Assembly: GCA_030390025.1 (NCBI GenBank) | Contig: CM059431.1 | Span: 103,914,001-103,978,000 of the forward strand | DNA: 64,000 nt | DNA from: Squalus acanthias | Lineage: Eukaryota | Direction of reading: 5' to 3' | Shown: positions 1-11,985 of the stretch, piece by piece | Layout: each line of letters begins with the position of its first letter | Position numbering within the stretch: position 1 is the stretch's first letter | Translations under genes and position numbers: made by a program | Notes under the pieces: generated by a model | The model's input: the letters and a program-made list of their open reading frames with translations, nothing else | Database searches by the model: none | What the model was told of the DNA's origin: nothing

Positions 1-568
1 CCGGAGTACTGTGCACAGCTTTGGTCGCCTTATCTGAGGAAGGACATACTTGTCTTAGAGGCGGTGCCACAATGGTTCACTAGATTGAGCCCTGGGATGG
101 GGAGAGGGGGTTGTCCTATGAGCAGAGATTGTGTAGATTGGGCCTATACTCTCTGGAGTTTAGAAGAATGAGAGGTGATCTCATTAAAACATATAAAATA
201 CTGAGGGGGATTGACAGGGTAGATGCTAAGAGGTTGTTTTCCCCTGGCTGGAGAGTCTGGAACTGGGGGGCATAGTCTCAGGATAAGGGGTCAGCCATTT
301 GGGACGGAGATGCGAGGTATTTCTTCACTCAGAGGGTTGTGAATCTTTGGGGTTCTCTCTCCCAGAGGGCTGTGGATGCTGAGTCGTTGAGTATATTCAA
401 GGCTGAGATGGATGGATTTTTGGACTCTAGGGGAATCAAGGGATGTGGGGATCGGGCGGGAAAGTGGAGTTGAGGTCGAAGATCAGCCATGATCTTATTG
501 AATGGTGGAGCAGGCTCAAAGAGCCGTACGGCCTACTCCTGCTCCTAATTCTTATTTTCTTATGTTCT
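1..568 (+). mobile_element. CR1 LINE 3' fragment
   Basis: Degenerate ORF2 C-terminus (YCAQLWSPYLRKD...LEFRRMRGDLI) followed by the CR1 3' UTR and a TTCTTAT-type tail. Confidence 0.9.
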
Positions 569-915
569 AACCCCATCAATATATCCTTCTATTCCTTTCT
601 CCCTGATGTGTTTATCTAGCTTCCCCTTAAATGCATCTATACTATTCGCCTCAACCACTCCCTGTGGTAGCGAGTTCCACATTCTCGCCACTCTCTGGGT
701 GAAGAAGTTTCTCCTGAATTCCCCATTGGATTTATTTGTGACTATCTTATATTTATGGTTCCTACTTCTGGTCTCCCCCACAAGTGCAAACATCTTCTCT
801 ACGTCTACCCTATCAAAGCCTTTCATAATCTTATAGACCTCTGCCAGGTCACCTCTTAGCCTTCTCCTTTCTAGAGAAAGGAGCCCCAGCCTGTTCAAAC
901 TTTTCTGATAGTTAT
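569..915 (-). mobile_element. CR1 LINE 3' fragment, tail-to-tail with the previous copy
   Basis: ORF 560..898 reads LLSLERRRLRGDLAEVYKIM...FFTQRVARMWNSLP. Confidence 0.9.
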
Positions 916-1184
916 AATATTTTGGCTTGTACAGCCTTATTATTTTACCCAGTTCTAATCAATAATACATTGCAGCATTGAAACATGCCATGAGCTTACC
1001 ATAATTGATATAATAAATATGAATTACAAGACTATAATGTGATGAAGTAGCACACCTGCTATTAAACTGCAAGAGCAGAGTTTGAGCAGTTTTTCAGTAG
1101 TATCTGCAGGCCACATTAGATTATAACCTTAAATCATCCCTACAATAACTGCTATTTATTATTATATACGGAACAGTGTTTGTT

Positions 1185-1620
1185 ATAAGAACATAAGAAA
1201 TAGGAGCAGGAGTAGGCCATTCAGCCCTTTGAGCCTGCTCCCCCATTCAATAAGATCATGGCTGATCTTCGACCTCAACTCCACCCTCACGCCCAATCCC
1301 CACATCCTTTGATTCCCCCAGTGTCCAAAAATCTCTCGATCTCAGCCTTGACTATACTCAACGACTGGGCATCTACAGCCCTCTGGGGTAGAGAATTCCA
1401 AAGATTCACAACCCTTTGAGCGAAGAAATTTCTCCTCATCTCAGTCCTAAATGGCCGACTCCTTATTCTGAGACTGTGACCCCTAGCTCTAGATGCCCCA
1501 GCCAGGGGAAACATTCTCCCAATATCGACCCTGTCAAGCCCTGTAAGAATTTTATACATTTCAATGAGATCACCTCTCATTCTTCTAAACTCTCGGGAAC
1601 ATTGGCCTAATTTACTCAAT
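1185..1620 (-). mobile_element. CR1 LINE 3' fragment
   Basis: ORF 1287..1619 reads RRMRGDLIEMYKIL...RVVNLWNSLP; CR1 tail present. Confidence 0.9.
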
Positions 1621-1777
1621 TAGAATTAAGTTCTTAGTTCTTAACTTTGATCATTGATTTTTTTTGTTATTCTGGGTTTGTGTGGTACTCTGACTGATTA
1701 ACTGAGCAGACTACTGAGAGTAAGGGAGCTGAAAGCATTCTGAACATGTTTATTGTTGAAGTTACTCTCATAACTTG

Positions 1778-2206
1778 GAAAGAAAGACTTGCATTTATAT
1801 AGCACATTTTATGATCTCAGGGTGTCCCAAAGCACTTTATAAATGATGAAGTATTTTTGAAGTGTAGTCACCATTGCGATGTAGGAAACGCAGCAGCCTT
1901 TTTGCGCACAGCAAGCTCCCACAAACAGAAATGAGATAAATGACCAGACAATCTGTTTTTAATGATGTTGGTTGAGGGATGACACCAGGAGAACTCCCCA
2001 TCTCTTCTTAGAAATAGTGCCATGCGTCCATCTGAGAAGGCAGACGGGGCCTCGGTTTAACGTCTCATCTGAAAGACGGCACCTACCACAGTACTGCACT
2101 GGAGTGTCAGCCTTGATTTTGTACTTCGAGTCTCTGGAGCGGGGCTTGAACCCACAACCTTCTGACTAAGGTGCGAGAGTGCTACCCACTGAGCCACAGC
2201 TGGCAC
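1778..2206 (-). mobile_element. tRNA-derived Deu-domain SINE (SacSINE1-like)
   Basis: Pol III A/B-box head, shared central domain and L2-like tail ending in (CTTT)n; one of more than 15 copies in the window. Confidence 0.85.
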
Positions 2207-2769
2207 TTAATGATAGTGGGCTCTATTTTTAGCACATAAGCGCTAAGGCATTTCAGACAGGTGTCTGATGATCGATGCACACACTTACTGCCAAGCCAAT
2301 CGCACACTATTTTGGGATTGAATTTATCACCAACTTGCTTTTCTATAAAATCTCCGAGCACTTTACAGAATTGAGCTAAGAAGAGGTGAGCACTGAGCAG
2401 GAGAGGAAAGGCGAAACAGAAGCTAGCTGATGGGGAAAGGGAGGTAAAAAGGAAGGTCAATGGTAAGGGTAAGGGTTTACAGAGGCAAAGCAAAGTGGAC
2501 GCTGGCGGAGATTGGGTTTTAGAGAGGGCGTTTCAGAAGACTGGGAAGTGATCGCTGAAAAAATAGCGCCCAATGATGGAACAGACTGCCACGGACATTG
2601 TATAGCATTCCTTAAGACCCAGAACTGCTCGAGGTCACCCACCATAGGCATCTGAAGTGTCCTCAATGGAAGCTCACCAACCTGTCACCTCCCAAGCTGT
2701 AGCCACTGGAGAAACACTTTGTGGGAGCACTTTACAGAATCGAGCAAGGAGAGGTGAGCTCTGACCTCC

Positions 2770-2908
2770 GTAACCTCCTCCAGTTGCCCTAATATCCCGT
2801 CATGTGGCTCGGTGTCACACTTTGCTGGATAACGCTCCTGTGAAGCTCCTCGGGACATTTTACGATGTTTAAAGGCGCTATATAAATGCAAGGTGTTGTT
2901 GTTGTTGT
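2770..2908 (+). mobile_element. L2 LINE 3' end
   Basis: Tail ...aaaggcgctatataaatgcaagg(ttg)n shared with the other L2 copies here. Confidence 0.75.
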
Positions 2909-3179
2909 AGGTGCACTAGGATAGGGAAACGAGCCCACAAGACTGGCGCTAAATAAGGGCTTTCACAAAGGTGGTTCCTAATTATTCCTCTTGATTGTTA
3001 TACACAGATGGGGTAGAGATGTTTGAGTAATTTATTTTCTACATTTGGTGTTATTGTTAATATTTGTAGTGAAGGGAGGGAAAGACCCATAAGGATGGAC
3101 TGAAGGAAAGCACTCGGATGGTGGTGATAAGGATTGCAGGACTGTTGATGTGTGGGGGACGGGAGAGATGGTTCACGTG

Positions 3180-3565
3180 AAACACACTCTCTAAGAGCTC
3201 TGGCAGCGAGGGGCACTGACTGGTGATGTTGCCCCTGCTCTTCCTCCTCCTCCTCCTCCCCCTGCTCTTCCTCCTCCTCCACTTCTTGCTGTCCAGCTGG
3301 TGGTAAGGTCTGATCCCTCAGTATGGCGAAGTTATGCAGCATGAAGCACACAACCACAGATCTGGTAACAGGGGGTCAGGGCTGTATTGCAGAGCTGGCC
3401 CCGAACTCTCCAGGCAGCACAAGTGTTGCTTGACCCACGCCAGCGGTCTGCTCGATGGTATTTCTGGTGGCAGAATGGGTCTCATGGTGGGCCACCTATG
3501 CAGCTGTGTCTGGGTACCTGACAGGAGTCATGAGCAGCGTCTGGTGGGGTTACCCATTGTCGTGC
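3180..3565 (-). pseudogene. Decayed PIF/Harbinger (HARBI1-like) DDE transposase C-terminal half
   Basis: Minus strand reads DNG*PHQTLLMTPVRYP...HSATRNTIEQTAG / KQHLCCLESSGPALQYSP / VVCFMLHNFAI, then an acidic tract; has stops and frameshifts. Confidence 0.85.
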
Positions 3566-3613
3566 TGTAGCTCAACATGCGACCTGGAAATAAGCAATGA
3601 ATTGTTGCAGTTT

Positions 3614-4050
3614 AAAAAAAAGAAAGACTTGCATTTCTATAGCGCCTTTCACAATCTCAGGACGTCCCAAAGCGCTTTACAGCCAATGAAGTCTTTTTGA
3701 AGTGTAGTCACTGTTGTAATGCAGGAAACGCGGCAGTCAATTTGAGCAAAGCAAGCTCCCACAAACCGCAATGTGATAATGGCCCGATAATCTGTTTTTG
3801 TATGTTGATTGAGGGATAAATATTGGCCAGGGTAGTGCCGTGGGATATTTCACAGCACCTGAGAGAGCAGACGGGGCCTCAGTTTAACGTCTCATCCGAA
3901 AGACGGCACTTCCGACAGTGCAGCGCTCCCTCAGTACTGCACTGGGAGTGTCAGCCTAGATTTTTGTGCTCAAGTCTCTGGAGTCACACTCTGAACCCAC
4001 AACCTACTGACTCAGAGGCAAGGGTGCTACTCACTGAGCCACGGCTGACA
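3614..4050 (-). mobile_element. SacSINE1-like SINE
   Basis: Same family as 59459-59929, with a small internal deletion. Confidence 0.85.
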
Positions 4051-4334
4051 ACAAGTAAGTTTAAGGTTTCATTTGTAGGAAAAAAGAAAACCCAGGGCTC
4101 TTCATCCCAGGGCCAACGTCTCCTGAACGTGTGGGAGGAAACAGCGAGACTGTGCGCTGCCACAAAACCTCTGAGAGGCTTAGGCAATGGTGTAGGCAAT
4201 GCCGGGAGCTTACCCAAAATATGCTAATGAGGCTCACCCTGGCATATTCATGGAGTGGGCCGGGATTGGTCAATTGGAAGGGTAGCAATCCATCTTATTA
4301 AACTCCCGGCACTAATACCAGCAAAGAGGAAATT

Positions 4335-4730
4335 AGGACCAGGAGGAGGACATTCAGCACCTCAAGACTGTTCTTCCATTCAATTAGATAATGGCTGGTC
4401 TGTATCTTTAATCCATCTACCCACCTGGGTTCCGTATCCCTTGATACCCTTACCAAACAAAATTCTATCAATCTCGGTTTAGAAGTTTTCAATTGACCCC
4501 CCAGCCTCAACAGCTTTTTTGGGGGGGAAGAGTTCCAGATTTCCACCACCCTTTGTGTGAAGAGGTACTTCCTGACATCACCCCTGAATGGCCTGGTTCT
4601 AATTTTAAGGTGATGCCCCCTTGTTCTGGACTCCCCCCTCCAGAGAAAATAGTTTCTCTCTCTCTACCCCATCAACTCCTTTAATCATCTTAAACACTTC
4701 AATTTGATCACCCCTTAATCTTCTATATTC
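4335..4730 (-). mobile_element. CR1 LINE 3' fragment
   Basis: RVVEIWNS motif and CR1 3' UTR. Confidence 0.8.
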
Positions 4731-4800
4731 AGCCTGAGGAAGATGGAGCCTGAAGTGTTTGAGTCTGCATCCCCTTCCACAAACCCAATAACTTAGGGTT

Positions 4801-5278
4801 CAACAGCAACAACACCAACAACTTGCATTTATATAGCACCTTTCATGACCTCAGGACGTCCGAAAGCACTTTACAGCCAATGAAGTACTTTTTGAAGTGT
4901 AGCCACTCTTGCAATGTAGGAAATGTGGCAGCCAATTTGCACACAGCAAGCTCCCACAAATAGCACTGTGATAATGACCAGATAATCTGCTTTTTTATTT
5001 AGTGATATTGATTGAGGGATAAATGTTGGCCAGGACACCAGGGATAAGTTCCCTGCTCTTCTTCGAAATAGTGCTTTGGGATCTTTTATGTCCACCTGAG
5101 AGAGCCGAAGAGGCCTCAGTTTAACATCTCATCCGCAAGACAGCACCTCTGACAGCGCAGCACTCCCTCAGCACTGCACTGAAATGTCAGCCTAGATTTT
5201 TTGCTCAAGTCTCTGGAGTGGAACTTGAACCCACAAACTTCTGACTCAGAGTGCTACCAACTGGGCCACAGCTGACAC
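4801..5278 (-). mobile_element. SacSINE1-like SINE with an L2-type (GTT)n tail
   Basis: Full head and body; the tail is CAA repeats on the + strand rather than AAAG repeats. Confidence 0.85.
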
Positions 5279-5294
5279 ACCAATCAAGGTTAGA

Positions 5295-5545
5295 GTTATC
5301 AAACAAAATTTGACACCGAGCCACATAAGGAGATATTAGGACAGGTGACCAAAAGTTTGGTCAAAGTGGTAGGTTTTAAGGAGCATCTTAAAAGAGGAGA
5401 GGGAGGCGGAAAGGTTTAGGGAGGGAATTCCAGAGCTTAGGGCCTCGGCAGCTGAAGGCACGGCCGCCAGTGGTGGAGCGATGAAAATCGGGGGTGCGCA
5501 AGAAGTCAGAATTGGAGGAGCACAGAGATCTCTGGGGGTTGTAGG
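5295..5545 (-). mobile_element. L2 LINE 3' fragment
   Basis: Encodes GGRAFSC..PKLWNSLP...FKMLLKTY on the minus strand. Confidence 0.8.
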
Positions 5546-6500
5546 GCTCAGGGTTCAAATCACTGCACTACACAAGGACACACGCACCAGAGTCCCACAA
5601 AGCATGGTCAATCTTGGGTTTGTATCTCCTACCTTCGATTACCAGAAAAAGGGAACGTTCTCACAGAGGTTTATTTCGGAACCAGGTTGTCGTCCTTTGT
5701 GGACTGTATTGTATATAACCCTAGATGACACTGTAACAGGGCACTGTTTAACACACTGAAATTTCATTCCTCGAAACAATTAAAAATAACAGACAATGGT
5801 GCTGGCTCATTAATTATAATCATTAATTAATCCGTGTTAAACATGTTGAGCATTTGTTCTGAGAACATGTTGGGGAAAGAAATATTGAATCTTGCCTAAT
5901 GAATGCTTGACATTAAGGGAAACTCTAATCTTGACTGGAAAGTAAATGAACTAGTGTTGGGAGTCCAGAAGTAAAAGTTCCACAGGAATAGCTGGTTCAA
6001 GAGGAGCCGGACTTCAACGTCCCCACTTTACAGCAGGAAGGTTGTTTAAAGGATTGCAAGCCACATTTCAACCAAAACTTCTGTGAAAGCAGATTAGCAT
6101 TAAGTGTGAGAGTCTTGGAACCCATTTGAATAAGTTTGTTCAAATAAATGTTCTTTAAAATGTGTCACACAAAATGACGATTTGTTCTTTTATCCAGATA
6201 TAGGGGGAAAAACAAGCTGAGAGCACACAGTAATTACATGTTCTGGATGGAAGGAAACAGCACACAGTAATTGTATGGTCCGGAAGGAAAAGGAAGGAAG
6301 CAGAGTGAAGTGCACAACACATAACAACTATGAGCCATAAATGGAACGTCTGCAGTCATTTTATAGACTGGATGGATGGAAGCCCATTAGCAGTAATTGC
6401 ACCCTTGGAATGGAAGAAAACAAGCAAATGTGCCTTGCTACTCACTTAAATCAGAGAAGTGGTAGTTTCTGGGTGTTGTATGCTCTCCAGACCTGATAAT

Positions 6501-7604
6501 GGCCCACGTCTTGCTGGAGCAGGGCATCTCGCACTATACGCCGCAAGTTAGACTTTTTCCCCCTCACCCTTCCGCTCAAAAATGTTTTTGCACCGTAACT
6601 TGCTGGGAGTGCGAGCTGACAACGGGGCATCTGGGACCTCGGCGAACGACGGGACCAACAGTCCATCTCCTTTAACCCACGAGATTTAAGGATTGAGAAT
6701 GGAAACAGAGGAAGGACTGAGAAGGAAACAGGTTGAATTAGAGTCACATCAGGTACAGAAAGAGAAATAAAGAGAGGGAAAGATTGGATTAAGAGAGAGA
6801 GAAAAAAGAGAGACAGAAAGGAAAAGTAAGATTCTTCAAAAAAAAGTTTAATTTTATGTGTGAATGGCGGAGTGGTGTAAATCGACCAGCAAGTTACATA
6901 CGAACATACGAATTAGGAGCAGGAGTAGGCCACTTGGCCCTTCGAGCCTGCTCCGCCATTCAATAAGATCATGGCTGATCTGATTATTCCACATTCCTGC
7001 CTACCCCCGATAACTTTTCACCCCCTTGCTTACCAAGAATCTATCTACCTCTGCGTTAAAAATATTCAAAGACTCTGCTTCCACCGCCCTCTGAGGCAGA
7101 GAGTTCCAAAGACTCACGACCCTCTGTGAGAAAAGAATTTCTCCTCATCTCTGTCTTAAATGGGCGACCCCTTATTTTTAAACAGTGACCCCTAGTTCTA
7201 GATTCTCCCACAAGAGGAAACATCCTCTCCACATCCACCCTGTCCAGACCCCTCAGGATCTTATATGTTTCAATCAAGTCACCTCTTATTCTTCTAAACT
7301 CCAGCGGATACAAGCCTAGCCTGTCCAACCTTTCCTCATAAGACAACCCACCCATTCCAGGTATTAGTCTAGTAAACCTTCTCTGAACTGCTTCCAACGC
7401 ATTTACATCCTTCCTTAAATAAGGAGACCAATACTGTACACAATACTCCAGATGTGGTCTCACCAATGCCCTGTATAACTAAAGTTCTGGAGATTTGCAA
7501 CTCATTGGGCATCTCTTAATCCCCTGAACGTTCAGGCCGGTTGGCGCATTAATAACAGTCATGCATCATTAACATGCCATTATTTTACCAGCAAGATCTG
7601 GCCC
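6501..7604. mobile_element. Harbinger-type MITE interrupted by a CR1
   Basis: Imperfect 17-bp TIRs ggcccacgtcttgctgg / ccagcaagatctggccc and a 3-bp TSD AAT. Confidence 0.7.
6896..7481 (-). mobile_element. CR1 LINE 3' fragment
   Basis: ORF 7056..7466 reads VRPHLEYCVQYWSPYLRKD...; flanked by AAGTT on both sides. Confidence 0.92.
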
Positions 7605-7911
7605 AATATGCTGAACTTAGTGGCAAACCATCTTGCGAGGCCTGCCATGGCCACATGGAATGGACGGCAGTCAGTGTATGTGGTACACAGCCCAGTCACG
7701 ATGCATTGTACCTGCAGCACAGGCTGCTCCAAATTCCAAGAGTTAAGGTCTCACAGTTTCTTAAATGGTTTTTCTTACCATCGTACTGAAAGGCAAAATT
7801 CTCAGACTAACAATGGCACCGAAAACCAACTCCGTGGGATCAATTTTACAAAACTGGCCTTGTGATTTCGACAGATGATTCCTTCAGTGTGAGGTGCCTG
7901 TATAACCCATT

Positions 7912-8651
7912 GGGCTGGATTTTCACAGACCAGTGGAGGCAGGTTTGGAGGCGTGTGGGGGGTTAAAATTGCGAAAAGTGGCGGGCGGACCCGATCCCAC
8001 CTCCATTCCGCCTCCACGCAATTTTGATGAAATCGTGTGCGGTGGTCCCATCTCCGTCCCACCTCCAAGAGGCGGGAGAGGCCATTAAAGCCCTTAACAA
8101 GCCCTAAATTGGCTCTGTAATGCCATTTTGAAACTTTTTAGCTAGTTTAACCCTTTTCCCACATGAAGCACGCCTGATGTGAAACACGCCAGTGAAACCT
8201 GGCGGGAGCACAAGTGGATAGCTGACTATCAGCTGCAGGTCCACTATTACAACGGAGATGTGATGAAGGTAGTAGCAGTATTAGGTCTGAAAGTCGCCAC
8301 TGATGCTGCTGCATTGAATGTCTTCAGAGACTGCCTGGCCTTTGCTGTGAGAGGACCTGGATGCAAAAAAATTCTCTCTCTCTCTCTCAGATGCTGCTCA
8401 TTTTGCATCCAGGTCCTCTCACAGCAAAGGCCAGGCAGTCTCTGACCTGCAATGCAGCAACAATGATGACATCATCAGAGGCGACTTTCAGACTGAAACC
8501 ACTAATTGGTTCATGGGTTCCCACATGCTGGAACTCAATTGCCCAATTAAGTGAAAATTGCATCAATCTCCCACATCCAATTGCAGTCGGGTGGATAACA
8601 TGAAATGCGGATGACACGACCCCAACCCGCCCCAGTATCAAAATCCAACCC
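7912..8651. mobile_element. PIF/Harbinger MITE family A, copy 1
   Basis: TIR gggctggatttt...aaaatccaaccc with TSD ATT; internal hairpin at 8285-8493. Confidence 0.85.
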
Positions 8652-8924
8652 ATTGTCTCCGTGTTGCTCACCATAAAAAGAAATATTAAGAAATTAAATC
8701 GAAGACTTACTTCTGTTAGAAAACTGTTACTTTCTGGAACAATCTGCATATCCGCCAGCTAAAGAAAGAAGTTACAAGTCTTACAATCCTAATGTCTGGA
8801 GCTATCTTGGTTTAATCTCCCACTGGGAGTTGTTTGTTAAAACTGCCAATGGTTTCTATTGTCAGCAGTGGACAAATGGCACTGAAGCCAATTTTGTCGG
8901 ATATGACCTAAGTTGGGCACTAAC

Positions 8925-9049
8925 GGAATCAAGGGGTATGGGGATAGAGCAAGAAAGTGGAGTTGAGGTAGAAGGTCAGCCATGATGTTATTGAATGGCG
9001 GAGCAGGCTCAAGGGGCCGAATGGCCGACTCCTGCTCCTAGTTCTTATT
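8925..9049 (+). mobile_element. CR1 3' tail
   Basis: Matches the CR1 3' UTR at 430-560. Confidence 0.75.
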
Positions 9050-9730
9050 GCCCTTTGAGAGCTCTGTACATAGATGGTTTGTAGGCTACACCACCAATTT
9101 AAATTCATTTTACAGCATTGGCAGATTGATTTTCAGTCGGACTAGTTGCTGAAAACTCATCCATCTGTTACCTGGAGCCATGAGTTGAGATTTCTGTGCC
9201 GATTCATTGATCCTGGCTGAAATGGCACAGGAGAGCGGCATTCCCATAAGACACTGGGCTACTGGAGCTCCTGACTAAGTTGGATTGATCAAGGTTAGCT
9301 CATGCATGTCATTATAACATACTCCCCATGCATTTCTCATGAGCACAGGGAGCAGGAAGCCCTGAGAGTAGCATCGCATGAAGGGCTGAGTATCCCACTA
9401 GACTCAAACTGTTCTTCATAGCTGATGGAGATTTATTAAGTCAGCAATAGAAGGTGCACGAGGGAATGTGTCCAGTACTGATCTGTTTGTTGAAGGCAGC
9501 TTTGATGTTCTTTCAGGAGTGTTACAAGAGATAAGGTTAGCCAGAGCTCGGGCTGGACGGGGAGCTATCCATCGCATATCAGTGCGCGGCAAGCATGGCA
9601 AGGGCAGAAGATTCAACCTCCCAGCTCCAAAGGTCATGGGAGAACATGAGAAAAAAGCCCAAGTTAAAAGCAAAACACGGCAAATGCTGGAAATCTGCCG
9701 CAAAAATAGAAAAGGCTGGGAATACACATT

Positions 9731-9880
9731 GGACCGGAACTTGCTGGAAAAATAGCAGCGTGTTAACACCGCACGCTATTATTAATGAGCAAATTAGCCA
9801 GCAAGTTCAGGGGATGAAGGGATACACCGTGAGTTGTGAATCTCCAGAACTTGCTGGTTGATTTATGCCGCTCCGCCATT
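9731..9880. mobile_element. Partial inverted copy of the 6501-7604 MITE end
   Basis: Diverged reverse complement of 6862-6895 joined to 7482-7604. Confidence 0.6.
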
Positions 9881-9927
9881 ATGAGCTTTATGAGTTATAT
9901 AAGTGAAACATATGAATGAAAATACTC

Positions 9928-10376
9928 GTGTCAGCTGTGGCTCAGTGGGTAGCATTACTTGCCTCTGAGTTGAGGGACTTGAGCACATAAAGCTAGGCTG
10001 ACACTCCAGTGCGGTGCTGAGGGTAGCGCTGCACTGTCGGAGGTGCTGTCTTTCGGATGAGACGTTAAACCGAGGCCCCTGTCTGCTTTCTCAGGTGGAC
10101 GTAAAAGATCCCACGGCATTATTTTGAAGAAGAGCAGGGGGAGTTATCCCCGGTGTCCTGGGGCCAATATTTATTCCTCAACCAACATCACTAAAACAGA
10201 TTATCTGGTCATTATCACATTGCTGTTTGTGGGAGCTTGCTGTGCGCAGATTGGCTGCCGTGTTTCCCACATTACAACAGTGACTCCACTCCAAAAGTGC
10301 TTCATTGGCTGTAAAGTGCTTTGAGACGTCCGGTGGTCGTGAAAGGCGCTATATAAATGCAAGTCTTTCTTTCTTT
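9928..10376 (+). mobile_element. SacSINE1-like SINE, followed by a second 3' half at ~10459-10680
   Basis: A box tggctcagtgg, Deu domain and (CTTT)n tail. Confidence 0.85.
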
Positions 10377-11239
10377 TACTTCAGAAACTACAATAGCCTC
10401 GAACGCTTAAATTTCAAATTAATTTCATTGAGCCTTTTTTATAATTTTGCTACGTTGTTCTGGCCAATATTTATCCCTCAATCAACATCACTAAAACAGA
10501 TTATCTGGCCATTATCTCATTGCTGTTTGTGGGAGCTTGCTGTGCGCAAATTGGCTGCCGCATTTCCTACTTCACAACAATGACTACGCTTCAAAATGTA
10601 TTTCATTGGCTGTGAAGCGCTTTGGGACATCCTGAGGTTGTGAAAGAAGCTGTATTAATGCAAGTCTTCCTTTTCTTTTTCTAACTACTTTAGCACATTG
10701 CTGGAAGAATGACCTGATAGTACTTCTGGATATTGTTTTCTACATCATGGTGATGGATAGCTGTGGAAGAAGCTTATAGAAAGAAGTATTCTATTATATG
10801 TGCAATTATGCTAATTGCAGAAATAAGTTCAGCTCACAATTCTAACAGGATCCCCAGAAGTCTTTCCAAAGAATTATCTGCGGCAATTTTGAATTAATTT
10901 ACCACCTCTTTAACCCTCAGAGCTCAGTTAGTTAATGACATTTCATTGATCCTGGATGCTGCTCAGTCAGTTATGTCAAAGTCAATCATGAAAAACACCA
11001 TTGGGACTTTGCAAGGGAACCCTTTATGATAATGGTTATAAATGATATCAGCTAGCACTCTGACTGCTGCCAATCTTCCCAGACAGCTTCTGCCTATTAG
11101 GATTCACATTTCACAGTCAATCCTGCTTTCGGAAATGGGTGTCTGTGACTCCATATCGTACCCAATCTTTCCTAATTAAAGGACCTTAAATGGAATGGCT
11201 GGTTAAACGAAATGGCCTGTAAATTCAGGCAAGTTATGG

Positions 11240-11642
11240 GCGGGGGGTGCGGGTGGGCGGTGGGGAAGGGTTGGGTATCGTGGGGGCCAGGGATTGAGGG
11301 GCGAGGGATAGAGGGGCCAGGGATTGAGGGGTGAGGGGATTGAGGGGGAGGGATCGAGGGGGAGGAATGAGGAGGAGGGGTTCACAGGGGAGTTGGGATT
11401 AAGGGGGAAGAATGTAGGGGAGGGAGAAGGAATCGAGGGGGGAAGGGGATCGAGAGGGTGGGGATATAGGGGGAGGGGGACAAAGTGGGTGAGGTTCAAG
11501 GGGGTTGGGGATCAAGAGGGAGGGGAATCGAGGGGGACGTGATCTCGGGGGAGAGGCTCACGGGGGTTGGGATCGAGGGGGAGGATCAAGGGGGAGGGGA
11601 TTGAGGGGGAAGTGGATTGAGGGTGGACGGGATCGCAGGGGT
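11240..11642 (+). repeat. G-rich degenerate minisatellite (GGGATCGAGGGGG-like unit)
   Basis: Many gggat(c/t)gagggg units and extreme G strand bias. Confidence 0.8.
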
Positions 11643-11724
11643 TGGCTCCGCGCCTATTTCTTTTCCTTTCCCAATATGGCGGGCGGGCTACTTCCTGCTA
11701 GAAATGTGCGCACGCTTTTTTGAG

Positions 11725-11985
11725 AGAGCCATCCAATTTCTTCCACTCTCTTTGCTCCTTCCCCAATAGTCCTTCAAATTTCTCCCCGTTAATAATATAT
11801 CCAATTCCCTTTTGAAAGTTACTGTTGAATCTGCTTTCTCCCAACCTTTCAGGCAGTGCATTCCAGATCACAACAACTCGTTGCTTAAAAAGAAACTCTT
11901 CTCTTTTCCCACTTGGGTTCTTTTGACAATCACCTGCGTCCTCTGGTTACCGACCCTCCTGCCACTGGAAACAGTTTCTCCTTAG
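11725..11985 (-). mobile_element. CR1 3' fragment
   Basis: RVVVIWNALPE motif on the minus strand. Confidence 0.7.

Noticed and set aside
6222..6295. Two 37-bp tandem units as a CRISPR-like or functional array
   Set aside because: Only two diverged copies with no spacers, in eukaryotic DNA; a simple slippage duplication
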